From positions 4,307,835-4,371,834 of the forward strand of contig CAJINV010000003.1 of assembly GCA_905178155.1 (NCBI GenBank): a stretch of DNA of 64,000 bases, read 5' to 3'. The notes under the pieces were generated by a model. The model saw only the letters and a program-made list of their open reading frames with translations. It made no database searches and was not told the origin of the DNA. Shown here one piece after another: positions 1 through 11,521 of the stretch. The position numbers and the translations under genes were made by a program. This DNA is from Amoebophrya sp. A120. Lineage: Eukaryota > Protista > Dinoflagellata. Positions within the stretch are counted from its first letter, which is position 1; every line of letters begins with the position of its first letter.

Positions 1-1142
1 GCTGGTGGGATCGATCTTGCTCCAGGAAAACGGTAGGTTCTCCTTGCGCTCCTCCACCAATTTCGACGAACAGGCGGTGACGCCCTCGATCCCGTGCATG
101 GAAACAAACATGCGCAGCTTTTTCGGCAGGGCGGCGCACACCTGTCCGAGCTGCTCGCGGGAGAAGGAGAAGTTGTATACGAGCGTGGCATCGTCCATTT
201 TCGCTTTGGTAAAGTCCTTCTTCCGGAAATCGATCTTGCGCACGTTGTCGGGCGATCCGGTGAGCGACCGAATCTGCTCCGGGGACAGTTTCCCGCACTG
301 CTCCGGGAGGGACTCCTGCGTCTTCCGAAACAGAGAGGAGAACCCCTTCGTATCCTTTTTGTTGATCTGGTTCACCTCCTGCACCTTCGTCAGCGAGTTT
401 CTCAACAGAAACAGCTTCGCGTTCTGCGCGGCGTCGTACCGCGTCGGCTCGAATTCGATCCCGATGGCCCGCTTCACCGGCGTCGTCAGCGCGGTCTGCA
501 CGACGGCTTTACCGAGCCCGCTTCCGAGGTCGTAGAAAACGTCATTGGCCGTCACGTCCATGCGCCAGAGGATCTGCGCCAACGAGTCGGAAAGCACTTC
601 CCCGTACAACGGGCTGCCCCCCACTGCCTTCAGCGCCGCCTGCTCCTTCTCCGGCACGTAAAATCCCGAGGGCAGACTCCCGTAAACAGTGTTCACCAGG
701 TCGCCTGCGCAGGCGCTCAACTGCCGAAAGCCTTGCTCAGCCTTCGCGATCACATCAGCACGACGCTGCAGGGGCACCATGTTGCGTCGCACAAACGAGG
801 CGCCCCGCACATCTTGTATGAATTGCAAAAATGTCTGGGTCTGGAAGAGTGCAGGAGTTTGCCATGCATATTTTGCATGCCCCGTGAGGTCTGTGATGCA
901 TGCCCTGGCATCAGAGATTTTGCGAGGGCTTTCTGATGCTCATACCGCATGAGAAATGCCCTCTCCGCGTAGCACAAACTACGCGTCTTTTGCTGTTCAT
1001 GCAATACAGATTTTATGTAGAGTCCAAAGGTAGCATCACAAGTTGCATCCTTCCAGACCCAGACACTTTTGCATTTGATATCTTGATGAAGGAAGCAAAC
1101 CTGGTGCAGCAGGAGAACCAGAAACCGCGGCACACCGTACAT
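1..1142 (-). CDS. DOT1-like SAM-dependent methyltransferase, paralogue 1, with signal-peptide-like N-terminus; interrupted by an introner and truncated by the window start
   Basis: Exon 1 (MYGVPRFLVLLLHQVCFLHQD) joins in frame to VRGASFVRRNM...GGSPLYGEV...DVFYDLGSGLGK...AIGIEF once 817-1080 plus one TCTTG copy is removed. YGE, motif I (DLGSG) and GIE match the DOT1 family. No stop codon before position 1. Confidence 0.85.
817..1080. mobile_element. Introner/MITE family A, copy 1 (264 bp)
   Basis: 31-bp TIR: left TATGAATTGCAAAAATGTCTGGGTCTGGAAG, right reverse complement TATCAAATGCAAAAGTGTCTGGGTCTGGAAG (28/31 identical). 5-bp direct repeat TCTTG at 812-816 and 1081-1085. Confidence 0.93.
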
Positions 1143-1966
1143 GGCAGTAGTTTTGCACTAACGTATTTCTCAGTGTCGTGGTAGTCGTGTGAGCAGGATT
1201 TAATGCTAGTACTGCTGCAGCTTCGGCTGTATGCAAAAAAACCGTAGCTACAAGATTCAAAAATTTGTTATGTTGAAAGCAGAAATCGCGAAGAAGCACA
1301 CTTCTTACGCCAGGTTGGTGGAATCGGTCCGTGAAATCGTTATCGTATTTTGCTTACTAGTGCCTCTCAACTTGTATGGTGCACCTCTTCTCCGTGTTCT
1401 CGATCTTGGGCCGCGTCATGAGGTCGCTCAAATGAATCCAGGTAGATGCAGCGCCGGTATGGATCATCACCATCGTTTGAGATCTTTTCCCACCCTACCG
1501 CAGGCGGATGGAGTAACACATCTTCGGTGAGATTGATACACCTCACGTCATAGCGCCATTCTCGTAGGAGCTGCAAGTTGTCACTGTCTCCTGCTACCTT
1601 CTTCTCATGCGTCATCTTGGGAGAGCCATCTACTACATTGCGAAACGTATGTCCTGCTCTGATTCAGCTTTACTTCATCTTGGTTTCATCTTTTTATCCT
1701 TATACATTCAGCCAAAAAACGCAAGAAACTGTATCTGGTTGCTTTCCTGGTTCATTCTTTTCTTTTGGAAACGTCTGTCTGAGTCATCGCCAAGCTACTA
1801 GTCGTCTTGAACAACGAGAATTGCGCCCGAATCCGGTCACCGTTACATGATCATGGAGTTTCTGATGTTTGGCTGTGAGGACGCCGCGAGCCCGGCGCCG
1901 CTGCACTATGAGAATCGCCTTTGCGTTCGCTTCTCCTCCGGCTTTGCACCCAGTTCTTCTACTCGT

Positions 1967-2758
1967 TCACGCATGCGGCTGGTAGAAGTAGATCGAACTT
2001 CCACCGGATTTTCGGCTCCACGACATGGGTAACTGCATGACGTGCGCTTTCCAGAACTTTCGGGTACAATTTTCCACGTCCCCGAGATCCTTGAGAACCA
2101 CAAACATGCGCACCTTTTTTTGTGGAAGCAAATCGCAGATCTTTCCCAGCAATTCCGTAGAGAAACAGGTTGCGCATGAGTAGGCGATGGTGGCATCGTC
2201 GAGGGTCGCCTTCGCGAAGTCCTTCTGCTCAAACTCGATCACCCTATCGGCCGCCGCCGGCGTTCCCAGCACTGCCTTGCGTGCTTGGAGCGCCGTTTTG
2301 TGTCTTGTCGCTTCGAATTCGATACCGACTGCTTTCTTCACGGGTGTGGTGAGCGCGGTTTGAAGCACCGTCTTCCCGATTCCCGACCCGAGATCGTAGA
2401 AGACATCGTCTCTCGTGGGCTTCACGTACTCCAGAACTTTCGCCAACGACTCCGGTAGAATTTCCCCGTAAATCGGCGAACCCCCTACCGCCTCCAGTGC
2501 CTTTTGCTCTTGTGCCGGGATGTTAAATCCCGGATTCAAGTCCTCGTACGTCTTGGTCAACAACGTTGATGCTTCATCCGTGTCGAAAACGCCCCCGGGG
2601 GCTCTTTTTGCGGCCTCGGTCTTCAACTTGCTCTTACCTTGGCCCAGCATCAACTTGTGCCGCAAAACGTTTGCGCATTCGACGACACAAAAATGCGGGG
2701 TGAGCAGCACTGCCAAGCCGGCGAAACGCCAGGCAGCAGAACTATACGCGACAAGCAT
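1967..2758 (-). CDS. DOT1-like SAM-dependent methyltransferase, paralogue 2, intronless, signal-peptide-like N-terminus
   Basis: 263-aa ORF containing GGSPIYGEI, DVFYDLGSGIGK, AVGIEF and IAYSCATCFS. Hydrophobic N-terminus (WRFAGLAVLLTPHFCVVECA). Clearly paralogous to the gene at 1-1142. Confidence 0.88.
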   Translation of the reverse strand: MLVAYSSAAWRFAGLAVLLTPHFCVVECANVLRHKLMLGQGKSKLKTEAAKRAPGGVFDTDEASTLLTKTYEDLNPGFNIPAQEQKALEAVGGSPIYGEILPESLAKVLEYVKPTRDDVFYDLGSGIGKTVLQTALTTPVKKAVGIEFEATRHKTALQARKAVLGTPAAADRVIEFEQKDFAKATLDDATIAYSCATCFSTELLGKICDLLPQKKVRMFVVLKDLGDVENCTRKFWKAHVMQLPMSWSRKSGGSSIYFYQPHA

Positions 2759-3251
2759 ATTTTCACACTACCATGCTCCGGCGTTAGCGGTGCTGTTCAG
2801 GGTGGGATGATTTAAGTAGAAGGTGAAAAAGAAAAGCTACAGTGCAGTCCGTCATGTGAAAACCTCCTATCGAAACCATGTCGCGCACACTCTTCACCAA
2901 CTCTCAGAATTCTTCCCTTCCAAGAAACATGCTTCCATAAACGTAGCCTCACATCAACATACATAGGACACTCTGACTCTAGGGGTTTCTGCTCGTTGTT
3001 CCACCTTTTGGACAATCTGGTCCCTGTGACGGCGCGCCAACACGCTATGGCTAATATCCCATTCCCATATAGGCCGCTTAAGCACATAGCAAGAGACAGC
3101 CTGTGCATTTCAGTTGTAGCCGTAGCTGCCGATAGATCTTGATCCTGGTAGGTACGCGTTTGCTTTGTTGAGTAGTAGACTAAAAGAATTTCTGAATGCG
3201 AACCGAGTCTGGGACTGCAGCCCAAGGGAAAATTGTAACCGCGACTGTTCA

Positions 3252-6200
3252 TCACACACTGTCGAAGACTTCCCAGAACTCGTCAGACTCCTGCTTTTCC
3301 ACTTCCACCCCGGCGATCCGAACCTGACTGCGCACGAGCTCCTGGCTCTGCAAGAAGTCTTCTGCAAACTTCCCCGAGTTTGCCTTTGCCTTGTCATCTG
3401 GATGAGCTAAGGCGCCGACCCACAGGAAGATCGTCGGCTCCCCGTCCGAATCGGGTGCAAAGAACAATTGCACGAATTCGCTGTCGAGGTCGTCCGGATC
3501 GGGCATGCTCATCGGATCGTCCCAATTTGGGCACCTGGAATGGGACGTTGCTTCACGTAAGTACTAGTACAGGAGGTTTTGCACTGTTGCTTGTACATCT
3601 AGATTGATCCTAGTCCTGGTCCTGCTACTTTTACACGCAAACAGAAAAAACAGGTACGTGAAAAGCTGCGGTTTGATTTTCAATTTTGTCTTCGATGACG
3701 TAACAACTTCGGTGTTCAACGGGGGCGTCCTTGGCGAGGTCATCGGTGTCCGCGGCGTCTCATTTTTGGCTCCAAACGTCTTGACCAGCAGCTCGTAGTC
3801 GTCATCGTTACTCCGTATTGATTGCACCTGCAAATTTCTTGGTCACCGATTCACCGGAAGTAGATGTTGTTCACGTAGTTGTCAAAGTAAAAGAACTCGT
3901 CCTGATTCACATTTGAATCTTTTCGCCCTACAAGTTCCAGAAAAAATACGAAACAGGACCCGAAATTCCAATACCTGCCCTGAGCCTTTGTTTTCGCTCC
4001 GCAGAATGCCCCAAAAGGCCTCGGACGGGTTCGGGTCTCGGCAGTAATCGATGACGGGTCTTTCGTTGGGTGGCAGCCACCGCCTTCGGCAGTCGCTGAC
4101 CTGCAACAGGAGTTTCTCGGCTTCCTGCTCCGGAACCACGGACTCGGGCCCACGCCACACCAAGAACTTGTTCCGCTTGCTGTCAAAGCACGCGTAATCG
4201 AAGCGCGGGTCGATCCACAACGAGGGCACATTGCGGTATTCGACCGCGAACAGAACCAGAAACGGGTCCCGGTCGTGGTGACACCTGATCTTGCAAAGCT
4301 TCGGATCGGCTACTACCTGTATAAATTTAAGTAACGTTGGAGATCGTCCTCGGGACTTAGAGGTTTTCTATTCTTTTTTGTACTCGTGTGGATTTGCTTG
4401 AACGGCGAGGACCTGCATCAGCATCGACTCTGTGACTTATGGGGGTCATACATTGCAAAATTAGTACCGCTTCCCCAGGTTTTTCTGAGTTGGGGTTCGG
4501 AATCCCCAGTTCCTTCTGCCAGAGCAGAAGCTGGACGTAGAAGCCGGTATTGGGGCGGCAAATGGGGCGCGTTTGCTGAATGCGCGAGAGGACCTCCCCG
4601 ACGGGCTTCTTGGTCAGGTGCATCAGGTACACCAAACACAGAGTGCAACTTCGGCTCACACCTTGGCCGCAGTGGAACAAGATGCGCGGCTTTTTCCGGG
4701 TCGTTTCCGCTATCCTGTGCAAAAGTATCGTACTCGTATGGCAATCATGCATCAATTTTTTTCTTAAGGAAAATCCGCATTACAAATTTTATCTCTCATG
4801 CTGACGAAATTTGTAGTGCATTTATACGAATACGCTACTTTTGCAGTTCATATCCGCGGCCTGCACGCAAAACTCCAGCAGCTTGAAGAATCCACTGGAG
4901 ATATCCTCCGCGCGGCCGTCCTTGAAGTAAAAGGTGAGGTACTCGAAGTGCCGCGACGGGGCTTTCTGAGCTGTAGTAAGAGCAGGATAGAAGTCTTTCT
5001 ATTCCTACCACATTTTTCAGTTCCACCGAAAGCAACTACACTTGAAGTCGAAATGCTTGCGGATTCAAAAAAAAAAACGAAATCTATGTTTGTATTCAAG
5101 AAGTACGCGAGTCGTCGTCCGAGTCCTCCAAGTTGTCAGTTACTTCGGCGGCGGCGTTGACGATGTGTGTGATCCCCTGATTCAGAAGCTGTGTCTTGTT
5201 TCTCGCGACATCCGAGGCCCCGATATAAACGAAGCTTCCTTTCAACCGCGCCAGCGATGGATCGTCGAGGTCGCAGGGTATCTCGCTCAACTCCGGCCGG
5301 TATTTTTCGAGCATTTTTTGGTTCTCGGCCTCCGCGCCGTACTGCAGCTGCTGTTGTTGGCTCTGTTGCACCACCCGCGGGGTCGGCGGCGTCACGCCCT
5401 CCCCCTCGCCGGTGGCCGCCACCTGCTCGCCGCGTCTTCGTTTCAGCACGCCGGGCGCCCGCTCGGGGGACGCAGCGTCCTCCGCGAGGACCTGGACGTT
5501 GGGCGACTTCATCACGATTTGGGTGGAGTGCTCCACGATCTGCTCGTCCTGTTCGCGTGGACTCACCCGCGACATCACTGCCTGCTTCACCAAGTTCTGA
5601 CGGTAGCGGTCCGCGGGGGAAACCAGCTTCTTCGTCGGGTCCGACGGCGTTTGACCTATAGCAGGTTTGGGAGGGGAAGGGGATGAGATGATATCACAAC
5701 CACAAGCATGCAAACGACTATATGTAGATTGGAATCGCAAGTAAGTGTACTTATGCGGCCCCATGGTGGATAGCTGGTGTACGCATGGTTAAAGCAAAGA
5801 TTTTCAAAAGCTTGCATACCAGCAGCGCCTTTTCCGCGTGCAGAGCGGGGCGTAGCGGTCTGCGGCCGTCCTCTCGCAGAATCTTGTTGATTTGCCCGGC
5901 CTGCAGCAGCAGCGGGTGGTGGCTTGACCGCCCCTGCATGGAACGATTGCGCCCGCGGAGTGGTGAACACACCGAGCCCTGGCTGCAGTGGCAGGCGAGG
6001 AGTGGCCAGCGGGGTCGCTTGCAGCACTGCGCTCATAGGGAAGGACTGCGGTCTCGGCATGGGAATGCTGAAGCGACCGCCCAGACCGAGCACTGGGGGC
6101 CGTCCCACGCTTTTGTCTGGACTTGTCGCCCCGCCCGACGTCCCCAACAATGGTATCTGTGTCACCTGCGTCGCGCCAGTAAATTTTGGCAGTGCCTGCG

Positions 6201-9200
6201 GTCGCGAAAACGGTCCGTCGAGACCCGAGGGCTTGGCCGTCGAGGCGGCCGGCCTTGCGACGTTGGTTTGCTTCGCGCTTGTGGGCAGCAGCGCAGGCAC
6301 GCAGAGTTCTCCATAACTACCCGGAAGCGACAAACGGGGAGTCTGCTGCAACACGCGCCTCGCGGGCGAAAAAATCGCCGAAGACCCGGTCGAGCCGCCA
6401 CTCTGGAAATTCATGACGCGCGGCACTGGTGCGGTAGTACCGGCTGCCGGCTTTGCTGGGTAGTTCCTGGTCGTGCTACTGCTCGAAGGTGCCTTCTGCT
6501 GCATTTGGGAACTTCTGTTTCCCATGATCGTAGTGGCATCGTCGTAGTTACTTGCATCCTGTGACCGCCCGGGACGACCCGAGTTCGCTGTTGCCCAGGA
6601 GCTTGCGGCGGCTGCGGCACGGTTCCAGGTGTCTGCCGAAGTCCCGTCGCGAAATGAAGTTGCTCTGGGCAGAAGAGAACCGAGTTCAAATCGCGGCGTT
6701 GTGACGTAGCCGAAATTATCTGTGGATAAACGAGAATTCTTCATCAACGATCACCCGCACAACGGGTTGGTGCTGCCACAAGTGTTTTATTTTTGTTCAG
6801 TGTGGTATTGTCATCTACATTGGAGGTGCAGGTGGTTCAGGTGAAAGAAAAAAGAAAAACTAGAATTACAACAAAAAATTGTACTTCTGCCACTCTGCTG
6901 AACATCGTTCATGACGGAGAACGCAGTCTCAAGACGCGTTGGAACCGCAGAGGGCCCGGCATCTACGGGGACCGCCACATCTAGAACAAGATTCCGCCGC
7001 AGCGGACCAATTGATCTCTGGTGCGCCAGTTTCCGGTGCAGAACGTTCACTTGCCGCAGCGCCTTGTGGAAGACTTCATTCTTCACGCGATCGCCCTTAA
7101 CTCGGAAAAAAGTGACCATGACATCGCTACGAATCTGCCGGCCGGAGTCTGGCGGCGGCGAGGTTCCCCGGGGGCTTTGCAAAACCTTCTCCATGTTTTG
7201 CACCTTGGGCACCAACACGTGTACGGGAAAACCCGCCCCCTCCGGGGTCTTGAAGGGTGCGTCGCCAACCCCCGATATCGGCTTTCTCGTCGGAGCTTGC
7301 ACTGCGCGCGGCGACGTGGGTGCCGTGAAATTCCACAAATCGCGGCAAATCGGCGACACGTCAAAACCGGGTGGGAGCTCAATACGCGTCACCACGGAGC
7401 TCTCCATGTACGACCGCACTTTTCCGAACACTACCTAGAGACGATGTATAGAGACGAAATAGGTGATCTTCAGCACTGTTCTTATCCCTAAAGAAATTCG
7501 CAGCATACCGTCGGGATTTGCCCTTTTTCTTGCGCCAACGCAGGCGCTGCAGCTTTTATGGTCGCGCCTGCGTAGGAGTGGTGTTGCCTCCCCTGGTGGG
7601 TTTTTGCACGCGGCCCAGGCGTCGCTCTAGAGAAACCAACAGGCTGGCACGCTAGCACCCCGGCGAGCCTAGACATAGACTAAAGAGGCCCCCCCACTGC
7701 GCAGATCGACGCGCCCCGCGGGCACTCACAACACACCCATCCGGCGCAGGCGGGCATCTTTTCCGCGGCCCCGAGCCCGACGTACTCGCGACCCAAAAAA
7801 GGCCGCAAGCCGGCTCGTGCGGACTTGGTGCGCAGGCCCCTCGAGTCCTCTTGGAACTCTTCAAGCGCGCCCCCATCTCTCACCCGCCGCCCCAATCACT
7901 CACCGTTGGCACCGGACCGCTTTCGCGGCCGTGGTGGACGCACTGGCAGAAGACCCAAAAAGCTTCCCGCCTGGTATTCGTTTAAACGCTCCAAAAAGAT
8001 AGATAAGAACACCTACTGCAACGACCTGGCATTTGGCATTGATGTTTTGGCACGAAGCAGAGTTGGAGCTTCTGCGCCAGATGTTCCCGGTCTCGTTTTC
8101 TGCTGTTCTTATCCTCCACGCCATGCATAGATAAGAGCATGTTTGTAACGACCTGAAGCTGGTGTTTGGCACGAAGCAGAATTGAAGCTTCTGCGCCAAA
8201 TGTTCCCGCTCTCGAAAAATGCTGTTCTTATCCTCCATTTGGTGCATAGATAAGAACATGTTTGTAACGACCTGAAAATGGTGTTCTTATCTATGCACGG
8301 AGAGGAGGGATAAGAACAGCATTTTATAGAGAACGGGAACATCTGGAGGAGAAGCTTCAATTCTGATTCGTCCAATCACCCTACTGCAGGTTGGAAGCTG
8401 GAGAGCGACACGACTGTGGTGGTCAACGAGAAACTCCGAGGAGGCTACTACGTCCAACTCTGATTCATCCCAAAACACAGCAACAGGTCGCTGCAGTAGT
8501 GTTCTTATCTATGCACGAGCGGGAACGTGCGGAGCTGAAGCACCATCTTTGCTTCTAGTCCCTCCCATATGCGTATTATTTTATAGAGCCAGCGCCCCAT
8601 CGGTCCTAATTTAGGACCGACGGCACGGCGCAGGCAACAAAGACAACACCGGAGGGGCCATCATCTGCTATGGAGCTCTCCATGTACGACCGCACTTTTC
8701 CGAACACTACCTAGTAGAGACGATGAAAGTGGCACCAGATTGATTCGACACACTGAACATTTTGTGTGAGATTAGGCTGGGGCTACACATTGACATACAG
8801 TAGACATCATATCATTCTCTTCACGTCGTCCCTTTCTATAACTTTCATGTACATTTTTGTGATGAACGTTTCCAAGCCACAATCGCATACCTCCATGATC
8901 ACGTAGCATTCGTCTCGGCGAAGGTCTTCAGGATTGAATTCGAACTGCTGCTTCGCGTCGAGTATCAGATGTAAAAATGTCTGGGTCTGGAAGAATGCAA
9001 GATTTGTGATGCAGGTTTTCCATGACCCATGAGGTCTGGAATGCGAGACCCAGCATGACAGATTCTTGGAGGTCTCTATCATGCCTTTCCTGCATGAGAA
9101 ACTCCCTCTCAACTTGGTCAAACGCGGACAGCTTTTGGCACTCACGCAACACAGATTTTTGCATCATTTAGATTTAGCATGACAAGTTCTAATCTTCCAG

Positions 9201-9394
9201 ATCCAGACATTTTTGCAATCCATATCGAGGCACGAAACCCCTGCAGCGGCCGGCTGCTCGCCGTCCCGCCACCGCCACATCCGATACGCGGCGCACTCCT
9301 GCCATGACGTTGTGGAGTTGCCGGGGTTGTCGATGCTGCGTGCAAACTCCTCGAAGGACTGAGGGTCCTTCTCGAACGCGCACGCGTTCCCCAT
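3252..9394 (-). CDS. Multi-exon dual-specificity protein phosphatase (MKP-like) with possible gelsolin-like flanking segments and an MGNAC acylation-like start
   Basis: DSP motifs across exons: VYIGA..GITHIVNAA (~5160-5240), FEYLTFYFKDGRAEDI (4860-4950), ILFHCGQGVSRS and RPICRPNTGF (4540-4690). In-frame GT-AG introns can be traced, e.g. 6884-6720, ~5819-5657, ~5107-4970 and ~8891-7435. Two introners at 4711-4852 and 8963-9224. Joining the 6811-9394 part to the phosphatase is inferred from phase-compatible splice sites only. Confidence 0.72.
4711..4852. mobile_element. Introner/MITE family B (142 bp) inside the phosphatase domain
   Basis: TIR: left TATCCTGTGCAAAAGTATCGTACTCGTAT, right reverse complement TATGAACTGCAAAAGTAGCGTATTCGTAT. 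5-bp direct repeat TCCGC at 4706-4710 and 4853-4857. Removing 147 nt gives ...FCVQAA-ETTRKKPRILFHCGQG in frame. Confidence 0.88.
7447..8671. mobile_element. ~1.2-kb insertion with an internal fold-back, flanked by a ~50-bp direct duplication
   Basis: GGAGCTCTCCATGTACGACCGCACTTTTCCGAACACTACCTAG(TAG)AGACGATG occurs at 7396-7446 and 8672-8725. The interior has a GC-rich part, repeated TGTTCTTATC/GATAAGAACA motifs and a hairpin at 8600-8620. Confidence 0.6.
8000..8517. repeat. Imperfect ~520-bp palindrome built from ~120-bp units
   Basis: Two direct units at ~8000-8127 and ~8128-8247 (AGATAAGA.CA...CAGA.TTG.AGCTTCTGCGCCA.ATGTTCCCG...TGTTCTTATCCTCCA) are mirrored by reverse-complement copies at ~8283-8380 and ~8450-8517. 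Centre near 8266. Confidence 0.8.
8963..9224. mobile_element. Introner/MITE family A, copy 2 (262 bp)
   Basis: TIR: left TATCAGATGTAAAAATGTCTGGGTCTGGAAG, right reverse complement TATGGATTGCAAAAATGTCTGGATCTGGAAG. TSD TCGAG at 8958-8962 and 9225-9229. Removal joins ...GVSCL to DAKQQFEF in frame. Confidence 0.93.
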
Positions 9395-10287
9395 GGTGCG
9401 GGAAAGTAGAGGACCACCAGCAGTCGATTAGTACACCAGCACGGTTCAGACTCCGCAGATGTTGCAGATCACCTTTTTACTGCCTTCATAGTTTGGCTGG
9501 GTCCTCACATCCGTATCGCATTCTTTTGTCTCTAGGGCAGATACTCGTTTTTACTTGGCGGAAATGCTTGTGCTTCACAAAATGTTGACCGTGCAGCTGC
9601 CCGCACGGATCCTTTTCTTGAAGATCATGCATGATACGAGCGATAGCAGTATCGTGTCAGGAAGGACATCTTTCGAGTTGGACGTGACTGTAGTATGCAA
9701 GGCGGGCGATAGAAGGACATTTACATTTCAGATCCTCTCCTCAGAGCAACCGACGGAAGCATTATACAACGGTCGTGGAGCTTTTGACATCATCCACGAC
9801 GTACATTGAGATTGACATTTTTGCACCGTTCGCATTAAGTTCTTCACGCCTGAGCGCAACGGAGAGAGCGCCAAAATGGAGCGGAGTTGCGGTCATGATG
9901 AGATGCGTACCGCAAGTACTACACGCTCGAACACAAAAACTTTTTAGTCCACTGGGAGCGGTGTGGAAATCCATCGTGTCATATTCGCCAAGCGTGTGGA
10001 TACAGTTGTACGGACTTTTGCGATGATGTAGTACACCAGCAATCATACAAGTAAAATTTCTTTTTCGCGCACAGCGTATGTACAGAAAGCTTTCATGCGC
10101 GATTGCATTTATTTCCGTTTGCGTACTGCTTTCATCTGCGTATAACAACTATTCTAAATCTACTCAACTCCTTGCACTCTACCTGAGAGCGTTTTTCATT
10201 TTCGAGCGATGTAAACATTTGTAAACTTGAAAGTGGACAGGTTCATTTTACAGTCGATATCTCGGACAAGAATCCTCCGCTGGAAGC

Positions 10288-11521
10288 CTAACCGCCTTCC
10301 GCTGAGGGAGCCGGCACCTCTGCTGGGGCAGGCGGGGCTGCTGCTTGATCTGTGAAAAATTTAGTGGAAAAGGTTCACACTCCGTTCTGGCACTTACTTC
10401 CATCTTAGTAGCAAACTGCGTGTGCGTCTGTCATGCGTACATATCCGTTTATTCCTTTTCGTACGCATACCCATACGCAAGCAACAAGCAAAAAGAAAAG
10501 AGAATACCTTTTGGCATGTCTTCCAACGCAAATCGATTCTTCCAGGCCCCTTTGCAGTAGAGCCACCAGCTTTGCGTTCCTAAACCCTTGAACGCCGCCA
10601 TGTGGTAAGCCTGAACATTGGAAATGACAATGAGCAATTCGAGCATGCACACATAGTACATCGTTCGGAATTGTGAGCCTGAAGCATTATTTTTAAAAAA
10701 AGACCGTATTCTGTAAAGAAAAGCAAAGCCGTTATGAAGAACAAAGCTTATATCTGTACGGTGCATCCGTGCTTGTCGGTGACATTCGCGTCGCATCCCT
10801 TTTCTATTAGTGTCTTTGCTATCTGCCATCGCTGCGCTTCGACGGCCCGAAACCTGAATTGGGTTGTAAGATCTTAGTCCGGAAACTACCCAAGGTAAGC
10901 ACTAGTACATCAGGGAAACAAGTTTTTCACGAAGAGCTTCTATGCTTTCACTTTCAAGATGCTAGTACAGCGGAAAAGTATTTTTCAGTACAGTGGTGTT
11001 CTTCCTTCGTCGTCCTGCTTTATTTCTGCCTTCTTGTCCAGCAGCAAGTTTACCAAATCTTGATACCCGTAGAACCTGAAGGGAGAAATCAAAACTTCAC
11101 TTTTGCTTATCAATGCCAACTGTGCACCATTTGCCCGTTGCAAGAACCGCCCTCGAACTTTGACGGCGAAACGTCAACGAAAAGAACTACTACGTGAAGT
11201 AGATGCATCACAAAAAATTGTGGTCAACAACTGGTTGAGAAAGTGCTACTAAGGTTGGTACGATGCATCGTGGAGCGGCGTCCTCCCCAGGTAGTCCGTG
11301 CAGTTCATGCTGACGTTTTTGTCGAGCAAGAACTTCGCTACTGGTTCCCGGTTCATGGATATTGCCTCGTGGAACGCCGTTCGGTAGTAGGGTTTCTCGC
11401 TGAAGTCCAGGTCACCTTGTCTTCTCAACAGTTCGGACGTGAAAAATTTCACCCCGTTCTCCCCATCCATGATGCCCTTGTGTGCCGCCTGGCACAGCTT
11501 TCGGTTCTCTTCCTGTGCCAT
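10288..11521 (-). CDS. Multi-exon ankyrin-repeat protein
   Basis: YRTAFHEAI, GRTPLHDAS|FYGYQDLVNLLLDKKAEI and DEGRTPL are joined across a GT-AG intron. Later exons include AYHMAAFKG (~10510-10610) and a short Pro/Ala tail ending at TAG 10288-10290. Middle exons are uncertain. Confidence 0.78.

Noticed and set aside
750-1142. Recurring peptides such as KSVWVWK, KCLGLEE and MSGSGR in several ORFs
   Set aside because: They are translations of the introner TIR in different frames, not a protein domain.
2812-3255. 147-aa minus-strand ORF
   Set aside because: No motif or codon bias. Probably UTR or intergenic sequence.
3760-3776. CATTTTTGGCTC resembling the dinoflagellate spliced leader
   Set aside because: Partial match, antisense to the gene and inside a coding exon.
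8000-8517. CRISPR-like or REP-like appearance of the GATAAGAAC repeats
   Set aside because: Orientation alternates, the spacers are themselves repeated, there are no cas genes, and the context is eukaryotic.
9555-10148. Short ORFs between the phosphatase and ankyrin genes
   Set aside because: No consistent exon chain or recognisable domain could be built.
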